This document shows positions 26,667 to 41,174 of a stretch of 64,000 nt of DNA, piece by piece. The translations under genes were made by a program, and so were the position numbers. The notes under the pieces were generated by a model. It saw only the letters and a program-made list of their open reading frames with translations, searched no databases and had not been told where the DNA came from. Within the stretch, counting starts at the first letter, position 1; each line of letters begins with the position of its first letter. This DNA is from Styela clava (lineage: Eukaryota), in contig NC_135256.1 in NCBI RefSeq assembly GCF_964204865.1, positions 20,708,001-20,772,000 on the forward strand, written 5' to 3'.

Positions 26667-28645
26667 GTTGAATTGAACTAAACGACTGCATTCATGCATT
26701 ATACGTGAGTGACTGACTGGTTGCATTCAGTGTATAACGTATAACAACGACCTTTGTGCGGTGGCATATATTCGACAATGTACAAACAGAAAATGAACGA
26801 ATGAAATGATGCGTGACCGATTTGTGTAAACGGGGTAAACAAGATGTCTTAGTATTTCCCATGATGATTTACAGTTATTCCTCTCAATCTTTTTCCTCTG
26901 GCAGACCTATAACATTAAAAATGTACTAATGGACCGGCAACAAAATATGGAAATGAATGGAACAGCTTTCGTATCATAATCATAGCAATGCTTTGATATA
27001 GATACATAGCCACATAGAAACTGGCAAATGAACATAATACAATTTTACTTCACATAGGGTGAATTTACGAAAATTTTGGAATTATTTAAAGCAAAGTTAT
27101 CGAATGTGTGGCAGAGTTGCATCTGTCTTTAATGTCTTGTTAACTTGGAGTAAGTAAATAAAGGGCATATCATAGAATATAGATGGATATTATTCTGAAT
27201 ATAACGAAAAATGTTGAAAAACTAATAATTTTTTATATAGTTCAATTTTATGCAATATTTTTCCAAAAAACGCCATGGAAATATTTGCAAGTCCCGGAAC
27301 CTATTTTTTTATCACTACCCACATATCATTTGTTGTTAAATTCTACACCATTATATATGTTTTTGATATCATACAAAGTCAATTTTAACTTCGGCGGAAC
27401 GATAGAACAAAATTTATCCAAACATGACAAAAGAAAAGAAAAAAAAGTTTTCACCATATTTTCCAGAACTAAAGATAAAAGATATTGAAGAAAAACACAA
27501 TCACACCATATTGACACATTCCATAGAACTTATAACTGAAAAGTTACAAAATCCTAACAATAATATTAATATGCAACGTTTTTTATTCTTTTTTGTTCAG
27601 GAACCCTTCAAATTTTGGACACAATCAATGCCCCCATATGCAAAACAAATTGCAATACTCAGTATTTATGACTCAATGCGAGGGTCGTTGCTGTTTGTCT
27701 GCAGCGAGGAAATGTAATTTCCTGGTGTTCAGTAAACCGACACGCTAGACCTGATTATAGAATTAAACCTAGTGGGAGTAAAAATATTAGTTCGGAAAAA
27801 TATGTTTGCTTGCAATTATAGAAAGATAAGCTCTAAAAGGTCTGCATGGTCCTATACATTTTACTCGATTGTTTCAATTAGCTTTTATTCTGCGGACCCA
27901 TTAAGTAACCATCGCAGATCCCTTGGGATATGATGAGCAGGCCACAACAAACGGCAAAATAATTTAATTCTTTCAGCCCCACGGGCGCTACTTCTATTTG
28001 GAACGAATGCGGTAATTTTGTAAATTTAAAAAAATCTTTTGTTAATTTTTATCATCATGCTCAGAATTTTTCTCGAATTTTTGCATTATAGAATAGGAAG
28101 TGTAGGTTTCTTGGGGACAGTCTTCGATTTAATCTTTGTTTCATGCTATCACAGGTTATCTAGATTCTGGATGTGATGTATGTATACGTGGCGGTCATGA
28201 TGACCCAATCTTGCAGAAAAAAGCCTGAATTGCAAATTTATATATTTTTTTAATCGAAAAAAATAAATTACTATTATTAAGACAGAAGTTGATTTTATAA
28301 TTGACAACGTAAACAATGCTTAGGTATTTAAAATGGCTTTGCAATTTGATCCGTTTTAAAATGGCGGAAATTTCGACCAAAATTTTGGAACATTAAGCTT
28401 GTTCGTCGAATAGCAGAATGTGCCACCAGCTTAAACTCCGAATACGTTATCGAGCATTTGGGTCGATTCATGTTCTTAAGTTTAGTAGTATAATGAGTAG
28501 ACGTTGTTCTCTTATATTTTCTGCGTAACTAGAGCATAGTATGGTCACGCTAAGTTATAATATTTATGGCAGGAGTTTCTCAGTAAATCAATGGAGTAGC
28601 GTTGCCGAAATACTTTCAGAGTGAATTAAATCATATATCCTAAAG

Positions 28646-28983
28646 CAGTGTACAACATATTTTTGTCAGTGGATCATATAATCAACTTCTGACATTTAGC
28701 CAGGGCCACACAAAAAATTTAGTTAATCCATGCGGAAACGGCAAGAGAAGGAATGTGGCTATCGCTTAGCTTTACGATATTGAAAGCACCGTGCTAAACG
28801 GCGAAAGATTTAATCGCAGCGACAAGAGAAAAAACGGTAAGGAATTTTTACCCACTTTTTAAAAATAAACTGTCGGATTCGGATTTTATGTTTGACGGGG
28901 AAAAATCTGAGTATTGACGAGAGCCGCACTAAGGGGCTTGGCGGGCCGGCTTGTGGCCCGCGGTCGCCTGATGCACACCCCTG
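28646..28983. mobile_element. hAT-Charlie-type MITE
   Basis: CAGTG... / ...GCACACCCCTG ends, GGGCC-rich subterminal motifs, TSD TCCTAAAG / TCCTAAAA (7 of 8). Confidence 0.7.
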
Positions 28984-31900
28984 TCCTAAAAGAATGTTAT
29001 GTTTGTCTATCTCCCAAGTGTTGATTTATTTCAGTTAAATGTCTCTACACCAAGGTGTGTCGTAAGAATTCCAGAAGATGAAACAATCAAATCCGAATCG
29101 TGTGGTTTATCTGATTGCTAGGTATCGGCAAATGAAGCAATTTAAGACAAGTGCGAGGAATGTCTTTTGTATAAACTACTGTTAAGTTCTTATAATCTGT
29201 TCCATTTAATTACTACTTTTATACAACAAGATCAACTATTATTCACAGATCTTGACGTAATAGCACACCATTACATGAATAAAAATTAATTTGCTCAAAC
29301 TAAAATGAAAATGTGTCTTGAGATGAACTTGCGGAAATGTCCTTTCTATACACGCTTGCCAATCAAATAGTAAACCACGTAAACTTAGATAACTATGTTT
29401 CAACTTTTTTATAACTTCATTGTAGGCGCCAAATTCATGCACTATTTGTTGGGCAAAAATATAATTGCCAAATTTAACCGACCGGTATAAAAATAAAATA
29501 ATAGTCATAAGTTTTAAAAATAGTACAACCTCTTTTGTTTTCCTACTATAAACGACAACAATAGTTTATATATAGAGTGTCCAAAAAAGTTTCGCCCGAT
29601 TATATCTTTAAAATCAAATGTTATTTTTTTTAATTTTGAAAAAGATTCATAGTCAACCTGTTTCTAGTTGGATGTTATAGATGTTGAATGCTGTAGTCCC
29701 CATTTATCATACAACCAAATTTATTCGAATTTGCAATTGGTAATGCTATGAAATCGGTACATTGTACGCATTATATTATAAATACCTTTTATGGTCGGTC
29801 AGCACCACCATATCAAATTTCCTATGTAAACTTTTGACAAGACTTTGTAATAGTCATGTAGTGATTTCGTCTATAAGGAAATGATTGTGGGTAACTATTA
29901 AAAATTCCAAATGAGTTGGCATTACATCATCAGACAGCGATGCAAATTGCCTTCGGCACTCGTTTTTTCCTTTAGTTGACGTTTTTAAGATATTTCAATA
30001 TAAAGCAATGGCAAAAGATCCAAACTGCAATAGGAGGACAGCTTGATTAGTGTTATAATATAGAAATTGCGTATAATGGAGCGAATGATCAATGTATAGC
30101 TAGTTATGACTGCCATGATTTCTTTTCAACTTGTGTGGATTTTAAATGCGAAAAGTATTGTCGAAATAATAATATAAAATACATGAAAGTTTGTATTTCA
30201 CAGTGATGCAGATTTCACAGGAATGAGTCCTGGTTTGTGGTTATTTACCATAATTGGACGCGCTATTCAATAATTATGACTGTGCCAGTAATTCCGCCGC
30301 TTTAGATCTCCTGATCTAATCAAGAAAACCATCAGTTCTTGCTTGTCAGTGCAAAGTCTACTGTGTCGATGAGGCGCTGATAGGAGAGATGGATGACTTA
30401 TGTAAAGAAATATCAGACTGATGCTTTATTAAAAGTCGCCGAACGACAATATGTGGCATAATCCGACATCAAATTAAACGTGAGCTTCTAATAAACTGTA
30501 GAAAGTTACTCAACTAATTTAAAAATGGTTCTTATTCATTTTTTCAATCAAACAACGCATTAAAAAGAGTGATGCTTTATTAAAAGTGGCAAAAGGCCAA
30601 TAGTAACACTTTGGTTTGTCTGGGTAATTGTTTCCTAAAATATTCACGGAAACATTTAATTTAATAATACTGTATTTAAACGCTATACGCTTACAGTAGA
30701 CAAATGAAGTGTGTAGACTAGAGTTTAGAGAATTGACAAATATGAATATAAATGGTATCATTAATTCAAAATCATTCAACTCTGTGCTTCTTCAAACTGC
30801 AGAAAGCTACTCAACTGATTCCAAGATAGTTCTGATTCGCCTTTCTCAATCAAGAAAGGCTAGACAGGTTAGGTTGCAGGTTTATATGTATACATTTACT
30901 CGTGAGCAAACTAATGTAATATGATATTTTGTTAATACATTTTCCTTTTCTGAAATGGAGTGTCATTTTGTACGGCGACTGTACATTAAAACGGCAATGA
31001 ATTGTGTAAAGAAAGATTTTTTTCTATATGATAGGTCTTGTTCTAGGTATGGCAACAAGTGTTTCATTATCTTGACTGGAAATATAGTGAAGCAAGGTAA
31101 CAAGTCAACGTTGCATTTCGCGAGGTATATTTCGTGGTATATTTCAGTTCGACATAGTCTCAGCAGTTTCTCATGATCATATGTACGGATTATTAATCTT
31201 GGCTAATCAGGAATAAAACCGGAGGTGGGTGGTGTCATTTGCTAACCGATATTTACTTTTCGGCCATCTTTTTTCACCGCGGTAGACTTATATACCTTGC
31301 TATAGATATAAACGAAACGTTGCCAAGCAGAGATCACAAAGAACTTACTTGTATACTCAAGGAATATTATATTAATATTTTTTTTATTGAGTGCAGTAAA
31401 ATACCATCAAGTACAATTTGGAGGTGATAGTTGCATTGTATCCTACGACGAATCCACGAAAGTGGAACTATTAAATTTCAACATAAATATTTTTACTCAG
31501 TACCGAACTAAGTATGATATTTTTGTTCAAAGCCGATTATTGTTACTTTAAACTGGGATGACATTCTATGAATATCCATATACCTGTGTAAAATCTGGCC
31601 TATTTTCAAAGTGTGCAAAACCAGCGATTCCAATACCATCGGTAAAAAGATGTCGCGATCCAATGAACAACATGATCCAATTTTATTGAATTTAGGTTTT
31701 GATGATTTCGAATAACGCGAGCTTGAAATTCGACTATGACTAAACTTTGGTAGTCTTCGTGAATTTTTTTCGCTGTTACGAAAAAATTTTATTGTATGAA
31801 AACAATTGACTAATATCATGTGGAAATTCTCCAACAAAAAATGTATGGAACGTCAAAACCCCATTGTGTGATTCACGATTACTAAAGTCATACATTTATG

Positions 31901-32237
31901 ACTTATACAAGACTGTTGCATTCAATTTCGCGTACAAAGTAGGTATTGTACATTGCATGACGAACAACTCCGCCGAAGGGTAAGTTTCAGCAGTTCTTGT
32001 CTGGAATTACCGCTGATATCAGTCGGCATATTATGCGCTCAGTTACGCTCAACACAAGCGAGGAAACTTGCTTACGGGATATGTATAACGCAGCGTAAAA
32101 TTAACAAATCAGTAATCATTATTGTATGGTTTTTCTTGTTTTCAGATAAAGTATGCCTTAACGATATTTTAGTGTGTGCGCCCAATGCCTAAAGAAACGA
32201 CTGTGGGAAAAACCGTAGATAACATTTTATCAGCGAA

Positions 32238-35200
32238 ATGTTTACAAGAGATAAAAATGGCTGTATGAAGAAGGTTCAAAATAGCAGAAAAGAAGTGAAG
32301 ACGCGGACACTAGAAAGAAAAGTTCACATAGAAAATATACGAGACTATACTATAAAACTGTGCCTTATCATAGCTATCATATTATGTTGTCAAGTTTCAA
32401 CTTCTTACGCCAACATGTGCAATCCAAAAAATGCCTCAACGTGTAAATATATGGGAAAATGTGTGAACATCAGACTATTAAAACAATACTATCCTCGACA
32501 AACCCCAGTGGGAGAAGAATTGTACATATGTACTTGCCCACTCATGTCATGTTATACTTTAGCAATGGATGCCATTTGCGCCGACACTGGAACATCAAAA
32601 GAGTAAGTTGTTGTTTAGTTTTCGAAAACAATGGGTACCAAACACACGATGATACAGAAAATTAAAGCGGTCAGGCCTCAAGGCGCTTTCAAATCAAAGT
32701 TGTACCATTTGGACTTATTTTGCTGGAATTCGTTCGGAGATATATTGTAGTTGACATATTACAACAAAACAAAACCGCTGAACTCGACCTTCAAGTTTAA
32801 GATGTTTACTTTTAAGTGCACTTGAACTAATTATAATTACATAACGTGCCAAAACTTGAACATCGGTGAGCTACTATTTAGAAACGGGATCGTCTAGCTA
32901 GATTAAAAACACCATTTAGAGTCTGGACAAGTTATCACACCCGTAACTAGCTGATTGATACGTCTTGCTTAATGGTTTTACCGGATTCAAACCATATCGC
33001 ATATCCGAAATGTTCGTAATCCGAAATGTTCGTATATATTAAACTTTTTTTGAGGGGAATATCACGAGGGTGTCATAAACTTCCCGCTAAACGTAATGGA
33101 GTGTGATGGAATCGAAGAACATTCGCTTATTTGAAAACAATTCAAATTAGAGTTAACAAAGCCTTTGGTAATCAATAAATTAGTTGCATTTTCAATTTTA
33201 CCAAGTTTTTAAGGCGCCTTAACGTAATAAGACACAAATTCGGGATACCAATTATATATACCAATTATTCATGGTAGGAAATTCCTTTTGATGTTTTATT
33301 TACAGTAATATTCGCGTGTATAAATGAACCGTTGGATCAAATACTAATATTTACTTCCCCTAGTCTATCAGTGATTGTGTGCGCGAGACACTGTGTGCTG
33401 CTACACTGCAAATTTCCATAAAATGAAATTCTTTGCAGTGGAGTCGTCACCATATAAGATTTCAAATGTTACTTATGATTTTTTTAGGAAGTAACATTCG
33501 TAATTCCACATACATGCTTACATCATATATTGTCACGCTAATAACCGAATTGCGTAAGTCATTTTTAGCAGTTTTGAGAAAAACGTGAAAAACTTCCTAA
33601 TGATATTGTTATGCCATTGAGAGTCAATCATTTGCCATGGTTCAATTTTTTAATCGTAGCCGGATTCAAGTTAATTTGTATAACGCAGTTAAGTGACGTC
33701 ATAATGGCGCACTGTGACTTGGGCAGAAATGTGTCTATGACTTGGGGACATACGCAATTTTGCAACTTCACTATATGCACCAGTCCTGAAAACTGAACAT
33801 CCCAACAACGAATGTAATTCTCAGTATCTACAATGTCTAATCCCCGAGATAGCTAATCAGTTTCAATTACAATATTTTTTTATGTTTAAAAATATAAATT
33901 TTATCAATATAATACGTTATGCACACCCACCGAAATAAGACTAAGATTAAATATAAAGAATAAAACACCAATGCACCCAATATAAAAGCCATCCAAGGTG
34001 AATTGGACTCGGACAGTGAATATCGCAAGTGCACACCTTCCTATACTGTAGTATAAATTCAAATTAATACGCGCTAAGCTAGAATCCGAGATGCAAAAAC
34101 TCGAAAATACTTCGCCGAGGTTATTTTGCCTTTGTGACGTTACAATAGTCTTGTGGTAACAATGATAATTCATTGACGAAACAATTGCACAAATGTGCAT
34201 GTCATACTAAATATCCATTTTTATGGGTTTCGGAATTCTTAAAATAAAATCTGAGTTAACAGACAGGCGCAGCATTACATAAATACCTATTTTATAAAAA
34301 AAAACTCAAAATCGCCAAATATGTCTTACGCAATTTGGTTATTAGCGTGACGATATGCTAACGAATACCAGGCCAAATATAGCCGATCTACCCATAGGCG
34401 TATAAGATTTCACCAGTGAAATACAATAAGTTTAAAAACTATTGGTTAAGTTATTATACATGGAAAATATTTTTGTATCAAAACAACAATTTAGCAAAAC
34501 GAACCACTTTTCGATAATTACGTTATTTGGAGTTAAATTATTTAGCCATTATGTCAGTCAAGAAAACAATGAAACTTTGACTATTTGTTGCGAAAACTGG
34601 GGATAAGCTGGAGTTAATATTAATATAAGGTACGGAATTTGATTCAATCTACAGAAATGAAATATTTTAAATAATTAAAATATTTTTCTGTCTATATTAA
34701 ACAGTAAACCGCGAAAAAGCATAGGCCAATGGATTCAAGATCTTTCTGATGCTTGAGTTTATTATCGGATCATTTTTACCAAATGAGACCCAATGGTTCA
34801 GAAAAAAATATAATTTAATAACTTGAGTCACACATGAATACCATTTTTCACTTTTTGTGTATTTTGTCCGCTGACTTCAGATAGAATCACTGAGCAAATT
34901 TTTTTCCTTTGATGACTAAAAAGATTTAACTTGATATTGTTTTACGCTTTTCTCACTAAATAACATACGTAGGTGTTCAGAGAATGTTTGAATAATACAG
35001 ATTACAAATCATTTGGTGTTTTTTAATGTGAATTTCACTAGAAGTTCGGGATTCGCTGACGGATTTATTAAAAGTATTACATTTTAACCAATATAACCAT
35101 TAAATATCGTGATTTTATAAATGGCGTTGATAGTTCATGACTTACATTCATGATGCCGTCGCGAAAAAAATAGCTCGGATATTGGAGTATTTACCATATC

Positions 35201-38200
35201 ACAGTTGATGTACTGTAAAACCCGCTACAAAGGAACACGAAACGAAACTTTAGTCACCCATTTTGTTTATACCGACAATCTTTGTCTCATCGTGATCAGG
35301 CATTTGGATCTTTGGAGAAAATTCTTGTAGTTCCATTCAAGATCTATGTAATAAAACATCTACACGAATATACTGCTGAACAAACTAAGATGTTTTTTAA
35401 ATGATTTTCGAAAAAAAAATTTGTCAATCTTTTCTGTATTCCGGTAAAAGCACCAAAGAGGTTGAAAGTGCGTTTCAAGCTTAATGTTACAGCTTGCGGG
35501 TATTTCGTTGGCAAGATGATACGGCCTAATATTGAATCATTGTCGCTTTTGTTATTTACTAGATGAAAACAAAAATAAATAAAAAAGATTGAATTTTTTA
35601 ATCGAATTTTTCTGCAACATTTTAAATTTATGATATATTCTGAATTATATTTCCATTTATAATTGAGACTAGTGTATGAAATAGCGACTAATCAGATATA
35701 TGACGTTATGATAACGGGGATAAAATCTGACATTTTCAAAACATAAATGTTGATATTGATAAGAATAATCGAATCAGTATTTGTGTTTTGATTTCAAATA
35801 TGTACAGAAATTACAAATAAAGCGATGTTTGTCTTTGAGCAATGAGCCCCAAAATCGAACCATCATCATCTTATCAACTCGCGGAAGATTGTTTTCCATA
35901 ATGGTTGAAATTACGGGACTTTTATGTGTAAATTTTTACGTGCAATCCCTAACTAATTTCGATTTATTTGTTTTATAATCCAGAACATTTTACAACGATA
36001 TGTGCATGAGGTTAGCCCAGTGCGAAATGCAGAGGCCTTTCAAAAAAGTGTGCAGAGGAGTATGCGGGGACAAAAATTGCCGACGTGAGTATTGCCTCAT
36101 TTTATAAATGGCAGATATTTTGTATTGTGCTCCGTGGCAAACAAATTCTATATATATTTTTTTGATTTGAGTATCCCAAAAATAGGTGCTTGAACTAGCA
36201 AATAGGACACAACATGCACCAACAAGCACGTCTGTGGTTTAGGAGAAGTTTGGCATGTTTTCTCTGGGGTCGTATTTTTCAATTCCCCGGAGTTTGAGAC
36301 GGGGAATTCTGCATTCTCCGGATTCGGATTCGAAATATCGGATTTTTATTGGCGGTATAAGAGGTCAAAATTTACTACAGAAACCCAAGGCCATTGAGTT
36401 TGCTGAGTGTTCCTAACTTTCTGGTAAAGAACGCTTACACACGCTAAAATCATTCGTTATTAAAATTGGTTGAAGCTGAATGCAAAAAAAAATTTTTAAT
36501 CTGGAGGCGGATTCAAAATTTTTCTCAACGCGTAGAGTCGGACCCAACATTTGTTTTCAACCGATTCGTAGTGGAATGTAAAAATTTCCCCGACTTCGTA
36601 GTTTTGCCAGCAAGTACAAAAAAAATAAGGAAAGGGGACAGTATTTTAGAATAGGTATTTCTGCCCTATGGAACTCTCTAACCTCCATCCTGCACTGATC
36701 CACCGTATTTATATGAAAACAGTCAATGTTACGGGAAAAGCTGAGTTCGTACGAATCTGATGTTTTGATTCACCGAGAACGTGATAATGTCGCATTTGTG
36801 CTGCATTGCAGAAAATCAAACGTTCAAATCTATGAAATCGATCGACATGATCTGGCATAATACATCAGTATAGATAGAAATCTTTAGCATCTGAATAAGG
36901 TCGCTCGGGGGCAACAATAATAAATGAGTGCATCCACTACAATTGGCTAGGTTGCTATGGAAAATAAATATTGTATTTAAGCCGGCTATTAAATCTGTTT
37001 GTTTTTTTTTTGCCTGACAGCTTCTTTCATTCTTTCTATTTTATTGCCGCATTGTATTCATTGTTAGGCGAATAACACGGACTTTAGAAATTTTGACGCA
37101 CGTCAAGTACGATCATAAACAAAGATAAGCTGAAACCTGGTACGATTCTTTCAACTTTCGACCTTACGCACGAGTACATGATCGGATTACATTTTTGGTT
37201 CCTGTATGCAGTGATACTTAAAAATGTACGATGCAATTTATTTCAAATTTGTCCAAAAATAAAGGAGATTTTGAATACCGAATGGAATTTTCTACGAATG
37301 TAATAAGAGGTTTAATCGGACAACTACACGAGCAGAATTATCGTGTTTTCATTCTGTAGATTTTTATCACTAAGGAAACCTAAAATCAGGTATTAACCTC
37401 AAAAATACCTCACTAATAGTTTCATTTTAATTCCCACTAGCATTTTACGGTAATTTAATCTGCGCCGCAACGATGGATAATGGATTAGTGATAGTCAAGC
37501 ATGGAACGTTTCAGGAGTGTACACAATCACCGGAGGCCGTTATTCCGCACACGAAAGTCCTGAAAGCCAGGGATTATAAACGTAAACAATATCAATGAAA
37601 TTACCAAATGTAGCGATGACTATTCTGGATTTCGTAAATAGAATAAGCTGAATGACATGTCTTGTTTTCAAAATAGAGAATTAATCTTGGCACACGCCTA
37701 GATATTTCAAATAAATCCGCAGAGTTCGTTTTCCCAAGAATCAATGTTTAATTGTAGCCTGGGGTGCATATTAAATGAATATGTACTTTTGATTAGTCAA
37801 GTAAACTTCTGAATTATAGATTAACACAAGATATTTTTTAATACTAATAGGTAAAGTTTATTCTAAAACTGCTGTATTAATCCGCCACGCCTAACCTGAA
37901 ATTAATCTGAATGAATAGCAGATAAGTTGAAACAAACCAGTTTTTGACCTAAAGGCTTCTTTGTGGCAAAGATTGCATTGAAGAACATGTTAACAAACTC
38001 ACATTATATATTAAACTTGGGTGGACCAATTTGCAATATGCCTCTTAATTTTTTATTCTCAAGTTTGAAGGTAGAAATGCGCCAATCCACACATGCACAG
38101 TAAATAATTGCAAGCCTGATGTTCATATGTGTTATTACCGTTTGTACCAAACGACTATTTCACACTGATGGGCCTGATGGGTCGTTTTGCTGAATTGATG

Positions 38201-40402
38201 GCACTGACTGGTTGATTTGTTGAATGATTTTAGATTTAATTTTAAATTAATATATATTCTCTACATTTTTAATGATGCTTATAACTGGTGTAGTTTTGTG
38301 CACCAGGACTATGATATTAAGCGTTGGGTGTTCGAATGCTTCTCCCCGTTATGAGGACGTATTCCATAACAAAAGATATAGTTCTGAGATTCGTTAGCAA
38401 ATTAATAATATTTGAGTCTTTTGTTTTCAGCATTTGAAAAAGAACCTAACTTGAAAAATTGTCCCGAAGAAAACGAAGATTACTGCCATAATAGAGGAGT
38501 ATGTTTAATGTTCAGGGACGGTCCCCAAGATCCTTTCTGCAGGTAATCTTTTCAATCGAAAATTGCTTAAAGAGTCAATACTCAATTTGATAGTTGAAAT
38601 TATAAAATCTCTTAGGGCTGTTTATAGTTTTGACAAAAGTTTAGGAATTGATACAAAGATAAGATCTTAGTATGAAATTTGATTTTCTTCGGGGATAGTC
38701 ACGTTTTGGCCTTAAGTTATATGATGTCGTTAATTGTTTCACACAACTTCAAAACAAGTTTAGTTGTAAATTGAATTCAGAGTAATATTTCAGTACCATA
38801 CTAATCAAATGTAATTATTCAAAAAATCATTTTGTTCAAATGCAAGATTCTAATTGAATCGTTAAGGTTGTTCCAAATGAATTGTCACGTAAAATATTTC
38901 TAGGTGCCAGAGAGAATACACAGGACCAAGATGTAAAGAGAGGCGCGTCTCTACTCTAGTGAGTAATTGAATTAAAGTACTACGACACTGACTTGCAAGG
39001 CAAGATCACGCATCATCGCGGTTTTATATCTATGTATTATCTGACTCCCATATTTACCGGGCTTGAGGATTTAATAAATTAAGGATGTTGAACCCAAAGA
39101 TCTATTGTTTCTGCATATAAGAAGAGCGTTTCAACTCATAACACACCACATAACATATGACAATAATGGCAATATAGTAATGCAAAGCCTGATTTATTTC
39201 AAACTATTCATTCGAGGTGCAAAGCGTTACACGTAATTTTAAACATGGAAATACGGAGTTACGTAAAAGGAATATATATAACCTAAAAATAGGAAATTGA
39301 ACTTTTCCTAAAAAGATCTTCCGCTGTTGGTAAAGTTATAAAGACAAGCTCAACAGAGTCTTCTTTCCCTGTTAATAAATGTTGCCATGCGATATACAAA
39401 AATTTTACGTCTTCCGAGGACGCTCTAAAAAATCAATGTCCTATTTTTTCACGGGATTGAATATTTAAAATTCTCCTAGGATATAATCAACAGTTTTTCA
39501 TGTGTTAAGAAATGATTTTTGCGTGCGCAACACCTTATTCCTAATTTACTGATAAATTGTAGCTCAGTTTTACGAACAAGTCGAATGTAGGAAGTGGGTG
39601 TATATAAATTTAATAAAAATTGGAACGTGTTTTCTTTCACTAAGCGATACATTTGTGGCAAAGAATATTTCATTGTAGAGGTTTTCTGAATAACCATCCG
39701 TTCTGAACGACCTCAAAATTAAGACAAATCATAAAGTAGGCTATGTCTATTTCGGCAAAAAATTGTGAACAAACGCTTTTATCCGCATTCGAATGCAGTT
39801 TGTTGTTTGGGAAACGAATGACTTGAGCTACCAACATTTTTGAGGTATCATATCATCTTCCGGATCTCGACTATGAAATTTTTATACATCAAAAAAACGG
39901 TCGCTTCAGGCCCAATTGTGACACTACAATGACTATTCCCACACAGGGTATTGATATCTTAGGTTACACCACAATGATCATTTCCTACAACCTTGTACAA
40001 AATTAGCTTCCTTTTTGTAAAGATCTGGTTGCGCTCCTAGATTCAATACGATGGGGTTCGACATACTTGTCGTGCAAAATCGTTTATGATGTAAATCGTA
40101 TTGCGCTGTTTATGTTTTACGTCATTTCACCTTGTATTTTGCAATTTAGTAAAGTTTCGATTTTGGCGGGAAATTACGTCAGTAACCCAGTCAAATATGT
40201 GGAAAAGAAGACCCCCCTTTTACCCAGGAAGGCCAGCTTAGTTTACAGTTGCACGTTGATAAGACAAAAAGGAATTACTTCATTGTCATCACTTCGTCCA
40301 TTGCACTCCATTTAGAGTTTAGAAATACGGTCACTCCACAGTTACCGACTGACTTACCGATAATTTTTTTTACTTTTGTTACAGTTCGGAGAAGAGCTCT
40401 AG
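32238..40402 (+). CDS. Tomoregulin/TMEFF-like protein: signal-like segment, follistatin/Kazal, EGF-like domain (~263 aa); last exon tentative
   Basis: Exons 32238-32602, 35984-36084, 37441-37581, 38431-38542, 38904-38958 and tentatively 40385-40402, with intron phases 2,1,1,2,0. Kazal: CTCPLMSC...ICADTGTSKETFYNDMCMRLAQC...VCRGVC. EGF: CPEENEDYCHNRGVCLMFRDGPQDPFCRCQREYTGPRC. Confidence 0.8.
33527..34356. mobile_element. MITE with ~36-bp TIRs, superfamily unassigned
   Basis: ATATTGTCACGCTAATAACCGAATTGCGTAAG ... CTTACGCAATTTGGTTATTAGCGTGACGATAT. Confidence 0.8.
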
Positions 40403-41174
40403 GATGTCTAGATTATCACTGCTGGCAATTGTTTTATCGCCAAGAAAGAAATTCAAAGAACTGTCATAAAGTCCAATTAAAACGGTATCGGTATTTCTTA
40501 GGACCGAAAAAGAACAATTTTATTTATTTTCATACAGGCACATGCTTTCTAGCCTTGAGATTTTAAAACTTCCAATATACTGAAATATGGTTCTCTATAA
40601 CAGGCAGCCAATTTAAAAACATCGACTATGGAACAAAAAGTTCGCTTCGCGTTTCCACCAGCAAAATTATAATCTAAGGAACAGAAATAAAGCTGTTGTG
40701 TATTAAATAAATACCTGGATATGTAGAAGCAAATTAACCTTCGTTGCATATTGTATTGCAAAATAAAAATTAACCACAGATACATTTTAAAGTGTTCTTT
40801 CGTTGATTTCTGTCAAAAAGTACCTTCTTTGAATATTTTTAATACGTTGCTTAAATTTAAGCAAATTTTGTTATAATTTTATGTTTATCTCCTACACCTT
40901 TTTATTTATATTTTACCTACGTATTTTATACGTAAGGGTTCCTGTGTCAAAAAAATGTTGGATTAAATTTGAGCATTGGTTTCTCTGTTTATTTCTTGTT
41001 GTTTTGATGAGAGCAGACCGTCCCCAAGTCATTAAAGCTTTTATTAATAGATTCATAGTAATATTCAACGAATTCTGCACCAGTATCATTTCTCTTCGAA
41101 TGAAATATGCATGGTTTGCTGTTCCAATGATTATTTATTTCCTAGCTGTCATATGTAGAAATATTCCAATTATA

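Noticed and set aside
33364-33423. Acceptor-like site followed by a Cys-containing frame, as possible exon 2 of the TMEFF-like gene
   Set aside because: Hits a stop within ~20 codons and has no good donor; 35984-36084 completes the Kazal domain in the correct phase.
40385-40402. C-terminal GEEL as an ER-retention signal matching the lipase DDEL
   Set aside because: The exon is tentative and GEEL is not a standard KDEL variant.
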